A stretch of DNA of 64,000 nucleotides from an uncultured Planctomycetales bacterium (GCA_964595465.1 CAZQQI010000011.1:8301-72300), one strand, 5' to 3'. Shown: positions 29,041 to 39,027, counted from the stretch's first letter. Program-made: numbers and translations. Notes: generated by a model from the sequence alone, not told the origin.

Positions 29041-31791
29041 TTATTTTTTGGCGCGTTTTTTACGAGCCGTTTTCTTCACTTGCTTAATACCACGCTTCTC
29101 GATAACCGCTTGAGCGGCTGCCAAGCGGGCGACCGGCACACGGTAGGGAGAACAGCTGACGTAATTCAGCCCGGCCTTGACAAAGAACTTGACTGATGCC
29201 GGATCTCCGCCGTGTTCACCGCAGACGCCGCATTTCAGATCCTTACGGGTCTTGCGGCCGCGTTCCACACCGGTTGTGACCAATTCTCCCACACCGGTCT
29301 GATCGATCGAGGAAAACGGATCTTCACGGAAGATCTCCTTATCGATGTAGTCCGGCAGGAAGTTCCCCACGTCGTCGCGGCTGTAACCCAATGTCATCTG
29401 GGTCAGATCATTGGTGCCGAATGAAAAGAACTCCGCTTTTTCGGCAACGCTGTCCGCGACCAATGTCGCGCGAGGGATCTCCATCATCGTCCCGACAAGG
29501 TATGTGATGCGGGACTTTTTCTTTTTAATGACTCCGTCGGCTGTTTCACGGACCACCTGTTCCAGAATATCATACTCTTCCTTCGTCCCGATCAGCGGGA
29601 TCATGATCTCCGGGATCACTTTGATCCGTTTTTTCGCCATATTGCAGGCCGCCTCAATGATCGCCGCGACCTGCATTCTGCAGATCTCGGGATATGTGAT
29701 CGACAGACGGCATCCGCGGTGACCCAGCATCGGGTTCATCTCATGCAGAGCGTCGACCTTAGATTTGACCTTAGCGGTCGTCGTGCCCAGGCGTTTGGCC
29801 ATTTCCTGCTGACCTTGTTTGTCATGAGGAAGAAACTCATGCAAAGGCGGATCGAGCAGACGGATCGTGACCGGCAGACCTTTCATGGCCTTGAAGATGC
29901 CTTCAAAGTCTTTACGCTGATACGGCAAGAGTTTGGCCAGCGCCTTCTCCCGGCCTTCCTGGTCTTCAGCCAGGATCATCTCACGGATCGCCCAAATACG
30001 GTCCCCTTCAAAGAACATATGCTCTGTCCGGCAAAGGCCGATCCCCTGAGCACCGAGTGAACGGGCATTTTCCGCGTCCTTAGGAGAGTCGGCGTTGGTG
30101 CGTACTTTGATCTCCCGCACACCGTCAGCCCACTTCATCAGCGAGGCGAACATCTTGTAGATCGGATGCCGTTTAGCCTTCGGATTGTTGTTGACGATCC
30201 CGTCGATAACCGGCGAATCCGATGTTTTGACAGCACCGTCGATGACTTCACCCGAGGTCCCGTCGATCGAGATCGCGTGGCCCTCTTTCAGGGTCTTACC
30301 GTCGACCTTGACCTGTTTCTTCTTATAATCGATCTCCAGAGCACTGCAGCCGGCCACGCAGCATTTTCCCCAGCCGCGGGCGACAACCGCCGCATGGGAA
30401 GTCATCCCGCCGGTGGAGGTCAGAATGGCCTGGGCCGCCCACATCCCGGAAACGTCTTCCGGTGATGTCTCTTTACGCACCAGGATCACCTTCTTGCCGG
30501 ACTTGGCCCATTTTTCAGCAGCCTCCGCCGTAAAGACGATCTGTCCATTGGCCGCGCCCGGACCGGCAGGAAGGCCTTTGGCCAGCACCTTACCGTCCTT
30601 AACAGCGCGCTCTTTATCATCCAGATCAAAGATCGGGAACAGCATTTGATTAAGATGATCGCCTTCAATACGCATCAGAGCCTCTTCTTCTGAGATCAGG
30701 CCCTCTTTCACCATATCTACGGCGATCTTAATGGCTGCCAGCCCGGTCCGTTTTCCAGTACGGGTCTGCAGCATATACAGCTTGCCTTCCTGGATCGTGA
30801 ACTCCACATCCTGCATGTCACGGTAATGATTTTCCAGCTTCAAACGGATGGTATTCAGTTCCTTGTAGATCTTGGGCATGTCACGCTTGAGGTCAGAAAT
30901 GGGTTCCGGAGTACGGATCCCGGCCACAACGTCTTCGCCCTGAGCATTGACCAAATATTCTCCGAAGAATTTATTTTCTCCAGTCGCCGGGTTGCGGGTA
31001 AAGGCCACCCCGGTTCCGGAGTTCTCACCCATGTTCCCGAACGCCATGGCCTGAACATTAACCGCTGTTCCCTTAAGACCGAACAGCTTGTTGATGGCGC
31101 GGTAACGGATCGCCCGCGGGATGTTCCAGGACCCGATAACAGCGTCGATAGCATACCCCAGCTGTTCACGGGCATTGGTCGGAAATCCTTTTCCGACATG
31201 ATTCTTGTAGACCTTCTTATATTCCGCGACAACCTCTTTGAGTTCTTCGGTGGTCAGCTCGGTATCGAGTTTGCGCTTGTACTTCTTTTTGACCTTTGCC
31301 AGCGCGTCTTCATAATACTCGTGTTCAACACCCATAACCACGTCGCCGAACATGTTGATAAAACGGCGGTAGGAATCCCAGGCCATGCGCTCGTTGCCGG
31401 TCTTTTTGGAAAGGCCTTCAACCGCGTCATCGTTGATCCCCAGGTTCAGGACCGTGTCCATCATCCCGGGCATCGAAACGGCCGCGCCGGATCGGACTGA
31501 AACCAGCAAAGGATTATTTTTATCTCCCAGCTTCATGCCCATTTTTTTCTCGAGCTTCTTGATGTGCTCGTCGATCTCTTTGTCCAGCGTTGCCGGCTTT
31601 TTCTTGCCGTGCTTATAAAAATAATCGCAGACATCTGTCGAGATCGTAAATCCCGGAGGAACCGGAACGCCGATATTGGACATCTCCGCGAGGTTGGCGC
31701 CTTTTCCGCCCAAAAGTTCTTTCATGGATGCTTTCCCGTCGGCTTTTCCTCCGCCGAACGCGTAAACATACTTTGTTTTCTTCTTAGCCAT
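29041..31791 (-). CDS. ppdK: Pyruvate, phosphate dikinase
   Basis: GGKGANLAEM, GGMTSHAAVVARG, GLCRTEHMF, FSFGTNDLTQ, CGEHGG. Confidence 0.98.
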   Translation of the reverse strand: MAKKKTKYVYAFGGGKADGKASMKELLGGKGANLAEMSNIGVPVPPGFTISTDVCDYFYKHGKKKPATLDKEIDEHIKKLEKKMGMKLGDKNNPLLVSVRSGAAVSMPGMMDTVLNLGINDDAVEGLSKKTGNERMAWDSYRRFINMFGDVVMGVEHEYYEDALAKVKKKYKRKLDTELTTEELKEVVAEYKKVYKNHVGKGFPTNAREQLGYAIDAVIGSWNIPRAIRYRAINKLFGLKGTAVNVQAMAFGNMGENSGTGVAFTRNPATGENKFFGEYLVNAQGEDVVAGIRTPEPISDLKRDMPKIYKELNTIRLKLENHYRDMQDVEFTIQEGKLYMLQTRTGKRTGLAAIKIAVDMVKEGLISEEEALMRIEGDHLNQMLFPIFDLDDKERAVKDGKVLAKGLPAGPGAANGQIVFTAEAAEKWAKSGKKVILVRKETSPEDVSGMWAAQAILTSTGGMTSHAAVVARGWGKCCVAGCSALEIDYKKKQVKVDGKTLKEGHAISIDGTSGEVIDGAVKTSDSPVIDGIVNNNPKAKRHPIYKMFASLMKWADGVREIKVRTNADSPKDAENARSLGAQGIGLCRTEHMFFEGDRIWAIREMILAEDQEGREKALAKLLPYQRKDFEGIFKAMKGLPVTIRLLDPPLHEFLPHDKQGQQEMAKRLGTTTAKVKSKVDALHEMNPMLGHRGCRLSITYPEICRMQVAAIIEAACNMAKKRIKVIPEIMIPLIGTKEEYDILEQVVRETADGVIKKKKSRITYLVGTMMEIPRATLVADSVAEKAEFFSFGTNDLTQMTLGYSRDDVGNFLPDYIDKEIFREDPFSSIDQTGVGELVTTGVERGRKTRKDLKCGVCGEHGGDPASVKFFVKAGLNYVSCSPYRVPVARLAAAQAVIEKRGIKQVKKTARKKRAKK

Positions 31792-31819
31792 CTCTCCCTT
31801 GCCTTTCTTTAAACAACGG

Positions 31820-33133
31820 TTAACAAAAAAGTTTCTCGGTTAAATAGCGTTTTAACCCTTCCACCGGCACGCGTTCCTGCTGCATGGTGTCCCGGTCACG
31901 CACAGTAACCTGCTGGTCCTCCAGCGAATCCGGGTCCACCGTCACACAGAACATGGTGCCGATCTCATCCTGCCTGCGGTACAACTTCCCGATCGAGGCG
32001 GTGTCATCATAGACGCAGGCTGTCTCCTGCATAAGGTCCTTTTGGATCCTGCGGGCCAGATCCACAATATCCGGTTTTTTCTTTAATAACGGCAGGACAG
32101 CGGCCTTGATCGGCGCCAGCCGTTTATGAAAGCGCAGAACCACACGCTTGTTTCCCTTGACCTCTTCCTCATCATAAGCATCGACCAGAAAAGCCAATGT
32201 CGCGCGGTCAACGCCCCCGGACGGTTCGATCACATACGGATAAAATTCTTCTCCAGTGACATTGTCTTTATACATCAGCGTCCTCCCGGAACATTCCGCG
32301 TGCTGTTTCAGATCAAAGTCCGTGCGGTTGGCGATGCCCTCCAGCTCGGACCAGCCGAAAGGAAATTCATATTCAATATCCGTACACCCCACGGAATAAT
32401 GGGCCAGCTCATCGTTACCGTGCGGACGAAGACGCAGACGTCCCTCCGTCATCCCGTGATCAAGATACCACTGCCTGCGGCGATCGATCCAGCGCTGATA
32501 CCATTCTTCCGCCTCGTCCGGCCGGCTGAAAAATTCCAGCTCCATCTGTTCAAATTCTCTCGTGCGGAAGGTAAAATTCACCGGGGTGATCTCATTGCGG
32601 AAGGCCTTGCCGATCTGGGCGATTCCGAACGGCAGTTTTTTGCGGGCGGTATCCTTGACATTCAAAAAATTTACAAAGATGCCCTGGGCGGTTTCCGGTC
32701 GCAGAAACACCTCACTGCTGGAATCCTCCATCGCCCCTAAAAAGGTCCTCAGCATCAAATTGAACGCACGCGGTTCTGTAAAGGATTTGGCCCCGCAGGC
32801 CGGACACGCTTTGCCCACGTGGTCGGCGCGGAACCGCCGCTTGCATTCCCGGCAGTCGATCAGCTGATCAGTGAAATTTTCCGCATGTCCGGAGGCACGC
32901 CAGGTGCTGGGATGCATCAGGATACTGGCATCCAGCCCGACGACCTCGTCATGACTGTGCACAACAGAACGCCACCAGGCCTGCTTGACATTGCGTTTCA
33001 GCTCGACGCCCAGAGGTCCGTAATCCCAGGCCCCCGACAACCCGCCGTAGATCTCGGATGACGGAAAAATGAAGCCCCGCCGTTTACATAACGAGACGAT
33101 TGTATCCATGGATACTGATGATGGCATAGTCAA
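31820..33133 (-). CDS. glyQS: Glycine--tRNA ligase, homodimeric alpha2 type
   Basis: LRPETAQGIF, FRNEI, REFEQME, IEPSGG, YRRQDEIGT. Confidence 0.95.
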   Translation of the reverse strand: MTMPSSVSMDTIVSLCKRRGFIFPSSEIYGGLSGAWDYGPLGVELKRNVKQAWWRSVVHSHDEVVGLDASILMHPSTWRASGHAENFTDQLIDCRECKRRFRADHVGKACPACGAKSFTEPRAFNLMLRTFLGAMEDSSSEVFLRPETAQGIFVNFLNVKDTARKKLPFGIAQIGKAFRNEITPVNFTFRTREFEQMELEFFSRPDEAEEWYQRWIDRRRQWYLDHGMTEGRLRLRPHGNDELAHYSVGCTDIEYEFPFGWSELEGIANRTDFDLKQHAECSGRTLMYKDNVTGEEFYPYVIEPSGGVDRATLAFLVDAYDEEEVKGNKRVVLRFHKRLAPIKAAVLPLLKKKPDIVDLARRIQKDLMQETACVYDDTASIGKLYRRQDEIGTMFCVTVDPDSLEDQQVTVRDRDTMQQERVPVEGLKRYLTEKLFC

Positions 33134-33177
33134 AAATATTCAGTGATGAATTAGGTTCTTGAAGTAATTGAGTGCCT

Positions 33178-33206
33178 ATTTTAACGGAAAGCATTTTAAA
33201 ACGCAA
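33178..33206 (-). promoter_or_regulatory. Putative promoter of glyQS-ppdK
   Basis: TTGCGT-17 nt-TAAAAT. Confidence 0.5.
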
Positions 33207-33254
33207 GCGATTTATAACCTGCTGAGGAATATAAATTTACAATTCACGTACATA

Positions 33255-34607
33255 TCACACACTGCGGGATTCAGAACACACCCGGGCCAACAAAATTACA
33301 GCCGAAACCGGGATCAGAGGATAGCCGTGCAGCATCAACCGCGGAAGAACAACATCAACAGGAAAAAGATATTTGAAACTGGATGTGAATATCAAACCGC
33401 CAAATAAAGACGCATGGAACACCCCAATCCCGATCAGAAGCATATTTGCCGGGAAAGACAGCTTTCGCCATCCGGCAAGAAGAGCCAACAGCAGCATCCA
33501 CCAGGCTAGACCCCATAAATGAATTTCACCCATAACATTAACAGCATGCGGGACAAGTTTGTGAAGACGTATAAAAAGGTCAGCCGGCCAAAAAAAACGG
33601 GTATCCGTACGGACCTCGATCCCGCGAAAAAAAATGTATCCCTGCCACCCGAAAAAAAAGAACAGCGGAACAGAGTACACGGCGGATTGTGCTAAAAAGG
33701 ACTGACGGGTTCTGCGCCGTTTGAAAAAATACGCGATCAGCAATAACGGAATCATCAAAAGCGCATACCGCCCGCCCTCCAGCTTGGTCCAAACAGCGCC
33801 TGTCAGAAGCAGCGCGCTCAAAAGAGCATATTTTTTCCCTTTGCCTGATAAGGACAAGACCGCCAAAAGCACCGCCCCGGAAAAATAATACATTAAGGGC
33901 AGATCCATATAGTTTCCGGCAGCATGGTCACGTAGACCCGGCGCACTGAATAAAAACAGCACGCCGAACAAAGCAAAAAACCGGGATACAAAAAATCTTA
34001 AAAATCCAAAAACAATAAATCCAAAAGAAATAAAATAGGCCGGCATGACAGCCTTAAGCAAATATTCGTGCCAAACGCCGATCTGCATCGCCAGCCAGGA
34101 TTGTAACAACGGAATTAATAAAGGATAATCCGCATGCGGCATGTTTGAAAGATAAGATAGCGTCCGCTCATGGAACAGCACCTTGCCGTTAAACGCGATA
34201 TAGGAAACAGCATCCCATCCCATGATCGGCTGCGTTATCGTCATAACGACGACATGGACGACATAAAACATGATTACAATAAGAATTGCGATTTCAGCGG
34301 GCCGAAATCGTCCGACACGCGGAAAAACACGCATTGCCTGCGTTGCGTTACCTCTACGAAGAAAGAAAAACCAGCTTGCCAAGCAAACTAATGCTAAAAA
34401 TACCGTGACCCCGAAAGCATACAGCCGGCCGGTCATAATATCGCAAAAAAACATGGCAAAGGCGACAGCCCCAGCGCCCAGTCCAAAAGCGCTTCCGCAA
34501 TACAACGGCCATGACAGCGCCCGTTCCGGATCAAGCAGACGGCAGATCACCCATCCGACTGCGCAGATAAAAAACAACCATATCACTGTTGCCAACAGAG
34601 AAATCAC
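33255..34607 (-). CDS. Polytopic membrane protein, probable GT-C (ArnT/PMT-like) glycosyltransferase
   Basis: Many TM helices, GWD..., HADYPLL, WTKLEG; GTG start overlapping the upstream TGA, with GAGGAG SD. Confidence 0.65.
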   Translation of the reverse strand: MISLLATVIWLFFICAVGWVICRLLDPERALSWPLYCGSAFGLGAGAVAFAMFFCDIMTGRLYAFGVTVFLALVCLASWFFFLRRGNATQAMRVFPRVGRFRPAEIAILIVIMFYVVHVVVMTITQPIMGWDAVSYIAFNGKVLFHERTLSYLSNMPHADYPLLIPLLQSWLAMQIGVWHEYLLKAVMPAYFISFGFIVFGFLRFFVSRFFALFGVLFLFSAPGLRDHAAGNYMDLPLMYYFSGAVLLAVLSLSGKGKKYALLSALLLTGAVWTKLEGGRYALLMIPLLLIAYFFKRRRTRQSFLAQSAVYSVPLFFFFGWQGYIFFRGIEVRTDTRFFWPADLFIRLHKLVPHAVNVMGEIHLWGLAWWMLLLALLAGWRKLSFPANMLLIGIGVFHASLFGGLIFTSSFKYLFPVDVVLPRLMLHGYPLIPVSAVILLARVCSESRSV

Positions 34608-35182
34608 CGGCCCGCCCTCCTCTTCCCAACGGCCGTGCGGGGAGAAAAAGAAATGAACCATTCATACTCATTCTTCCCAGAATGTGCCTTCCTCGACATG
34701 AAAAACACATCGTATTCTGGATGCCCTCCCCTTACACCTCTCAGGTCCAAAGGATAAAAAGTATACGCCAAACTTCGCTGTATATACATGCCCGGATCAC
34801 GGGATAAGTCCAGATCCGTGACCAGTTGCGCCGCAGCCCGCGGCCAGCCGATAACCTTGCGGACATACGTGCTGTATTGATCAATGGCATAAACATTGGG
34901 ATCCAGATATTTGATATAATCCGCTTCGCCGGCATGCGAAATCCGAAACCATAATTGTTCGGCCATTGGTCCCAATTGTAAAACAGAAAAAAGAACAACG
35001 CTGAATCCTGCAAAATAAGCCAGAGAAACGCGAATGGACCTATCCGGGCCGATCCATCGAATTAGAAGAATAATACCAGCCGCAATAATTATGCAGAATA
35101 ACCTCATCATTCCAAAAGAAAGAATCCATGCTTTGGGAGAAGATAAGTGGCTGTGGAAGGAGCTGTTTAAAAACCCATTCAT
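34604..35182 (-). CDS. Hypothetical membrane protein
   Basis: ORF overlapping panB stop (ATGA) and next start; two TM helices. Confidence 0.6.
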   Translation of the reverse strand: MNGFLNSSFHSHLSSPKAWILSFGMMRLFCIIIAAGIILLIRWIGPDRSIRVSLAYFAGFSVVLFSVLQLGPMAEQLWFRISHAGEADYIKYLDPNVYAIDQYSTYVRKVIGWPRAAAQLVTDLDLSRDPGMYIQRSLAYTFYPLDLRGVRGGHPEYDVFFMSRKAHSGKNEYEWFISFSPRTAVGKRRAGR

Positions 35183-36030
35183 CCTGAACGCTTTTCTTTG
35201 GCTTTATATGCTGAGCGAATCTCGTGAGCAACCGCATCCGGTATATGATAACTGTGGACATCAGTAGGGAAAGATCCGCTGGAAACCTCTTCATGAAATT
35301 CCTTGACGGCCAAGCGGACCAGATCAGCGCCGTCCAAATAAGCCTTAACGAATTTGGGCCGACGACCCTGCGACAAGCCCAGCACATCGTGCAGGACCAG
35401 GACCTGCCCGTCGCATTGCGCGCCGGCGCCGATACCGATGGTCGCGACGGTCAACCGTTCGGTGATCATAGCGGCTACACGGTCCGGCACACATTCCAGA
35501 ACCACGGCACAGCATCCGGCCTGCTCTAAAGCTTCCGCCTGCTGTATGATCGCGCAGGCGGTTTCTGTCTCCCGTCCCTGAACACGAAATTCGGTCGCGG
35601 TCTGCGGGGTCAGCCCCACATGCCCTATGACCGCGATCCCGGCCGCGGTCAGTTGTTCCACAACGGCAAGGCAGCCGTCAAACCATTCCACTTTTACTCC
35701 CTGAGCTCCGGATTTGATCAGCCCCCGGGCATCTTTCACCGGACGGCTGTCCGTCTGCTGATAAGAAGAAAAGGGCATGTCCGCAATAACCGGAGTATTT
35801 TTCGCCCCGCGGCATACCGCGGCCGTATGATAGACCATTTCCCGGATCATGACATCCCGGGTACTCTCCAGGCCCAGAACCACATTCGCCAATGAATCGC
35901 CGACCAGAATAATATCCACACCAGCCTCGTCTGCCAGACGGGCAAAAGGATAATCATAGGCCGTGATCATACTGATCTTGGGCGGAGCCGGCCGCTTGGT
36001 AAGAATATCTTTAAGAAGCTTTTCGTTCAT
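35179..36030 (-). CDS. panB: 3-methyl-2-oxobutanoate hydroxymethyltransferase
   Basis: TAYDY, LVGDS, ADMPF, GHVGLTPQ, IGIGAG..DGQVLV; start set at ATG 36030, excluding the repeat. Confidence 0.95.
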   Translation of the reverse strand: MNEKLLKDILTKRPAPPKISMITAYDYPFARLADEAGVDIILVGDSLANVVLGLESTRDVMIREMVYHTAAVCRGAKNTPVIADMPFSSYQQTDSRPVKDARGLIKSGAQGVKVEWFDGCLAVVEQLTAAGIAVIGHVGLTPQTATEFRVQGRETETACAIIQQAEALEQAGCCAVVLECVPDRVAAMITERLTVATIGIGAGAQCDGQVLVLHDVLGLSQGRRPKFVKAYLDGADLVRLAVKEFHEEVSSGSFPTDVHSYHIPDAVAHEIRSAYKAKEKRSG

Positions 36031-36037
36031 GGCAGTG

Positions 36038-36313
36038 TTATTGGGTTTGTTGGGTTTGTTGGGTTTGTTGGGTTTGTTGGGTTTGTTGGGTTTATTGGGT
36101 TGTGAGTTGTGAGTTTTGGGTTTTGGGTTTTGGGTTTTGGGTTGTGGGTTTTGGGTTTTGAGTTTTGGGTTTTGGGTTTTGGGTTTTGAGTTTTGGGTTT
36201 TGGGTTTGCGTTTCACGTTTCCCGTTTCACGTTTCCCGTTTTACGTTTTACGTTTCCCGTTTCCCGTTTCCCGTTTCACGTTTCCCGTTTCCCGTTTCCC
36301 GTTTTACGTTCAC
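36038..36313 (+). repeat. Composite tandem array: (TTRTTGGGT)x7, (TKTGRGT)x15, (CGTTTYM)x14-15
   Basis: Read directly: 36038-36100, 36101-36205, 36209-36313. Confidence 0.95.
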
Positions 36314-36340
36314 CGCCACCATGTGACCGGCGGCCTTCTT

Positions 36341-37732
36341 TCATCCTTCACGGCCTTTAGGAAGGCCGCTGGTATCAGTGCCGGCGAGAAACGCCATAAT
36401 GCGTTCCGCCGCCCATTTTCCGCAGACCATGGCATCCAGAACATGCTGCTGGGGATCGGCACAATCCCCTGCGGCGAAAACCCGCGGCACCGAAGTCTGA
36501 CCGGTGTCTTCATCCAGCCGGATCGTGCCGTCTTCGTTCATCTTAAGCCCCTGCACGGCGCGCTGGATGGTTTTCGACACCTCATGCCCCTTGGCCACAA
36601 TAACTGTATCCGCCTCCAGCACTGTCTCGGAATCCGGCGCCGGAACCAGGACCCATTGGCCGTTGGCCTCGGGATCCGCATAATCCATACGGATAACCCG
36701 CACACCAGATACTTCTCCGGAAGAAGAAACACAGATCTCTTTCGCCCTGGACAACGTTTCAAAAAGAACCCCTTCCTGCCGGGCATACTCAATATCATTG
36801 CGATGGGCATCCAGAGAATCCTCAGCGCCTTCACATACCAGACGGACATCTTTACCCAGCCGGCGGCAGATCCGGGCGCAATCCAGAGCCAGAGCTTGAT
36901 CTCCTAAAACAGAGATCTTCTCCCCCAGGCGGCGGGCAAATGAATGATGAAAATTCTGTTCTTCACAGTTCAGGTTCATCAAAAGTTCGTTGGCGTAGAT
37001 CACACCGCGCGCATCAGAGCCCGGGATAGACTGCAGTGACGGGCGGGAACGGCCGACAGCCAATAAAAGTGCGGCATACCCTTCTTCAAAAATATCATCC
37101 GGCGTAATGGTCCGGCCAAAATGACAATCTGTTTGCAGATCCACACCAAGGTCCCGGATCTGCGAAATCTCTGCATCCAAAGCCGGCCGTGATATGCGGA
37201 ACTCCGGCAGGCCGTAACGCAGGACACCGCCGGGCTGAGGCAGCGATTCAAAGATCGTGACACAGTAATGCTGTTTGGCAAGCAGGGCCGCCGCGCTTAA
37301 TCCCGCCGGTCCGGAACCGATAACCGCGATCCTTTCCCGGGAGCAGGTCAAATTATCACGGCCGAAAAATTTCGGACGGCCGTTATCCGCCACAAAACGT
37401 TCCAGCGCGCGGACATCGAGCGGAACCTTTTTTCCTCCGATAACGAAATCTGCTTCACACGGGGCCCGACACACACGTCCGCAGATGCCGGGCAGATCGC
37501 TGGCTTCGCGGATCTTCTTGTAGGCTTCAGGGATATCTCCTTCACGCAGAAGACGCACAAATTCCAGGATATTGATCCCCAAAGGACATTTAGGCTGAAA
37601 GGTGGGCACATGGCTCTGCGGAAACTTGCGAGCTTCGTCCACAGCAGTGCGTTTAGAAAAACCCAATTCCACTTCTTGAAAATTCCGCAGGCGTTTTGCC
37701 GGAGATTGTGCGGGAACCGGTGTCGGCTTCAT
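36341..37732 (-). CDS. GltD/SudA/NfnB-like FAD oxidoreductase, degenerate Fe-S and NADPH motifs
   Basis: CP..GRVC..CE, IGSGPAGL, GGVLRYGLPEFR, VFAAGD. Confidence 0.85.
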   Translation of the reverse strand: MKPTPVPAQSPAKRLRNFQEVELGFSKRTAVDEARKFPQSHVPTFQPKCPLGINILEFVRLLREGDIPEAYKKIREASDLPGICGRVCRAPCEADFVIGGKKVPLDVRALERFVADNGRPKFFGRDNLTCSRERIAVIGSGPAGLSAAALLAKQHYCVTIFESLPQPGGVLRYGLPEFRISRPALDAEISQIRDLGVDLQTDCHFGRTITPDDIFEEGYAALLLAVGRSRPSLQSIPGSDARGVIYANELLMNLNCEEQNFHHSFARRLGEKISVLGDQALALDCARICRRLGKDVRLVCEGAEDSLDAHRNDIEYARQEGVLFETLSRAKEICVSSSGEVSGVRVIRMDYADPEANGQWVLVPAPDSETVLEADTVIVAKGHEVSKTIQRAVQGLKMNEDGTIRLDEDTGQTSVPRVFAAGDCADPQQHVLDAMVCGKWAAERIMAFLAGTDTSGLPKGREG

Positions 37733-37736
37733 GATG

Positions 37737-38588
37737 TCATCCCTTAATCATTTTCTGCCAGATATGCTTAAGGCCGCCGGAGGCCTCCTGATGTTCATCC
37801 CTGGAACATACGGCCTGCATACGGTGATTCAGTTCAGAAAAATCCACTTGATGGGCGTCAAATTCCGGACCGTCTTCACAGGCCAAAACCAATTGCTTGG
37901 CGACCTTCATACGGCAGGAACCGCAAATCCCCCTTCCGCAGGACATCAGGGTATGAACCTGCAGAAGATTACGGATCTTTTTCTGCCGGGTCATTTCAGC
38001 GATCTCACGCAGCATTTCCGTCTGACCGCAGGTATACACCAACTGGACATTGTCTTGGCCGCAAAGTTCTTTAACAGCGTCGGTCACCGTTCCCCGCCGG
38101 TGAGCCGAGCCGTCTTCAGTCGTCAAAACAACCTTATGACAGGCAATGCGCATCTGGGGATCCAGGATCAATTCATTTTTCGTGCGGGCGCCCAGCACGC
38201 CGATCACTTTATTGCCGGCACGGCTATATGCCCGGCACATCGGCAGGATCTGTGCTGCAGAAATATCCGTCGCCGCGCAGACCACGACGCCGACCTGCCG
38301 GGGTTCTTCCACTGTCCCGAAAGGACCGCTCACAGAAAAGACCTCATCCCTAATCGGCAGGCTTCCTAAACAGCTTGTCGCCGCACCGGTTTCCTTGATG
38401 ATCACCGAAATCAAACCCCGGCGCGTATCCGCCTCCATAACAGACAGCGGGATCCACTTTTTCCCTTCCTCCGGCGCGATCATAACAAACTGACCCGGCC
38501 TGACCATGTCGGCGATCACTTCAGCTCGGATCTCCAGCCGCTTGATCCCTTCCCCTAAAATTTGTTTATTGACGATCGTATATGGCAT
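37737..38588 (-). CDS. SudB/NfnA/PyrK-like electron-transfer subunit
   Basis: PGQFVMI, GPFG, TTEDGS, MSCGRGICGSCR..ACEDGPEFD. Confidence 0.85.
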   Translation of the reverse strand: MPYTIVNKQILGEGIKRLEIRAEVIADMVRPGQFVMIAPEEGKKWIPLSVMEADTRRGLISVIIKETGAATSCLGSLPIRDEVFSVSGPFGTVEEPRQVGVVVCAATDISAAQILPMCRAYSRAGNKVIGVLGARTKNELILDPQMRIACHKVVLTTEDGSAHRRGTVTDAVKELCGQDNVQLVYTCGQTEMLREIAEMTRQKKIRNLLQVHTLMSCGRGICGSCRMKVAKQLVLACEDGPEFDAHQVDFSELNHRMQAVCSRDEHQEASGGLKHIWQKMIKG

Positions 38589-38679
38589 ATTATTGACTTT
38601 CCCATTACAAACTGTTTGAAATATCCTGCTTGAAACTTATTGTACTCAAAGATCACCCCTCTGTCCATACACGGAGGAT

Positions 38680-39027
38680 CTAGGGCCTTCCTGTAAAAAA
38701 ATCACGGTCTTCCCAGATAAACCCGAAAAAACGGGACTGCAGCTGCCGTAAACGGGCCACATCTTTGACCAACTCCCGTATATTTTGGCGTTCTGTCTCG
38801 ATCCTGACTTCGTAACGCAGTGCCGGAGATGGGATCACCCGAAACACAGCCCAGGACCATCCTTTCTGCACCCTTTGAATTTTCTCCAGGGGAACAAAGG
38901 TCTGCGTGAGATCTTCGCCGTCACAACGCAGAAACAATTTATGTTCGTTCAGCAGAATCTGTCCGCGAACCGTTACAGGGCCGCGCGTATATTTCCCTTC
39001 TCCATAAGTAAACGTCATGACGTTCAT
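38680..39027 (-). CDS. Hypothetical protein (possibly PH-like fold)
   Basis: ORF between DUF3352-like gene and nfnA-like gene; start uncertain. Confidence 0.55.
   Translation of the reverse strand: MNVMTFTYGEGKYTRGPVTVRGQILLNEHKLFLRCDGEDLTQTFVPLEKIQRVQKGWSWAVFRVIPSPALRYEVRIETERQNIRELVKDVARLRQLQSRFFGFIWEDRDFFTGRP

Noticed and set aside
31820-33133. Eukaryote/archaea-type GlyRS as a novelty
   Set aside because: Alpha2 GlyRS is well known in many bacterial phyla.
36031-36216. 62-aa N-terminal extension of PanB from the ORF track
   Set aside because: It is translation of the microsatellite, with no SD for the GTG start; treated as non-coding unless proteomics shows otherwise.
36038-36313. CRISPR array
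   Set aside because: Units are 7-9 nt tandem repeats without unique spacers, and no cas genes are present.
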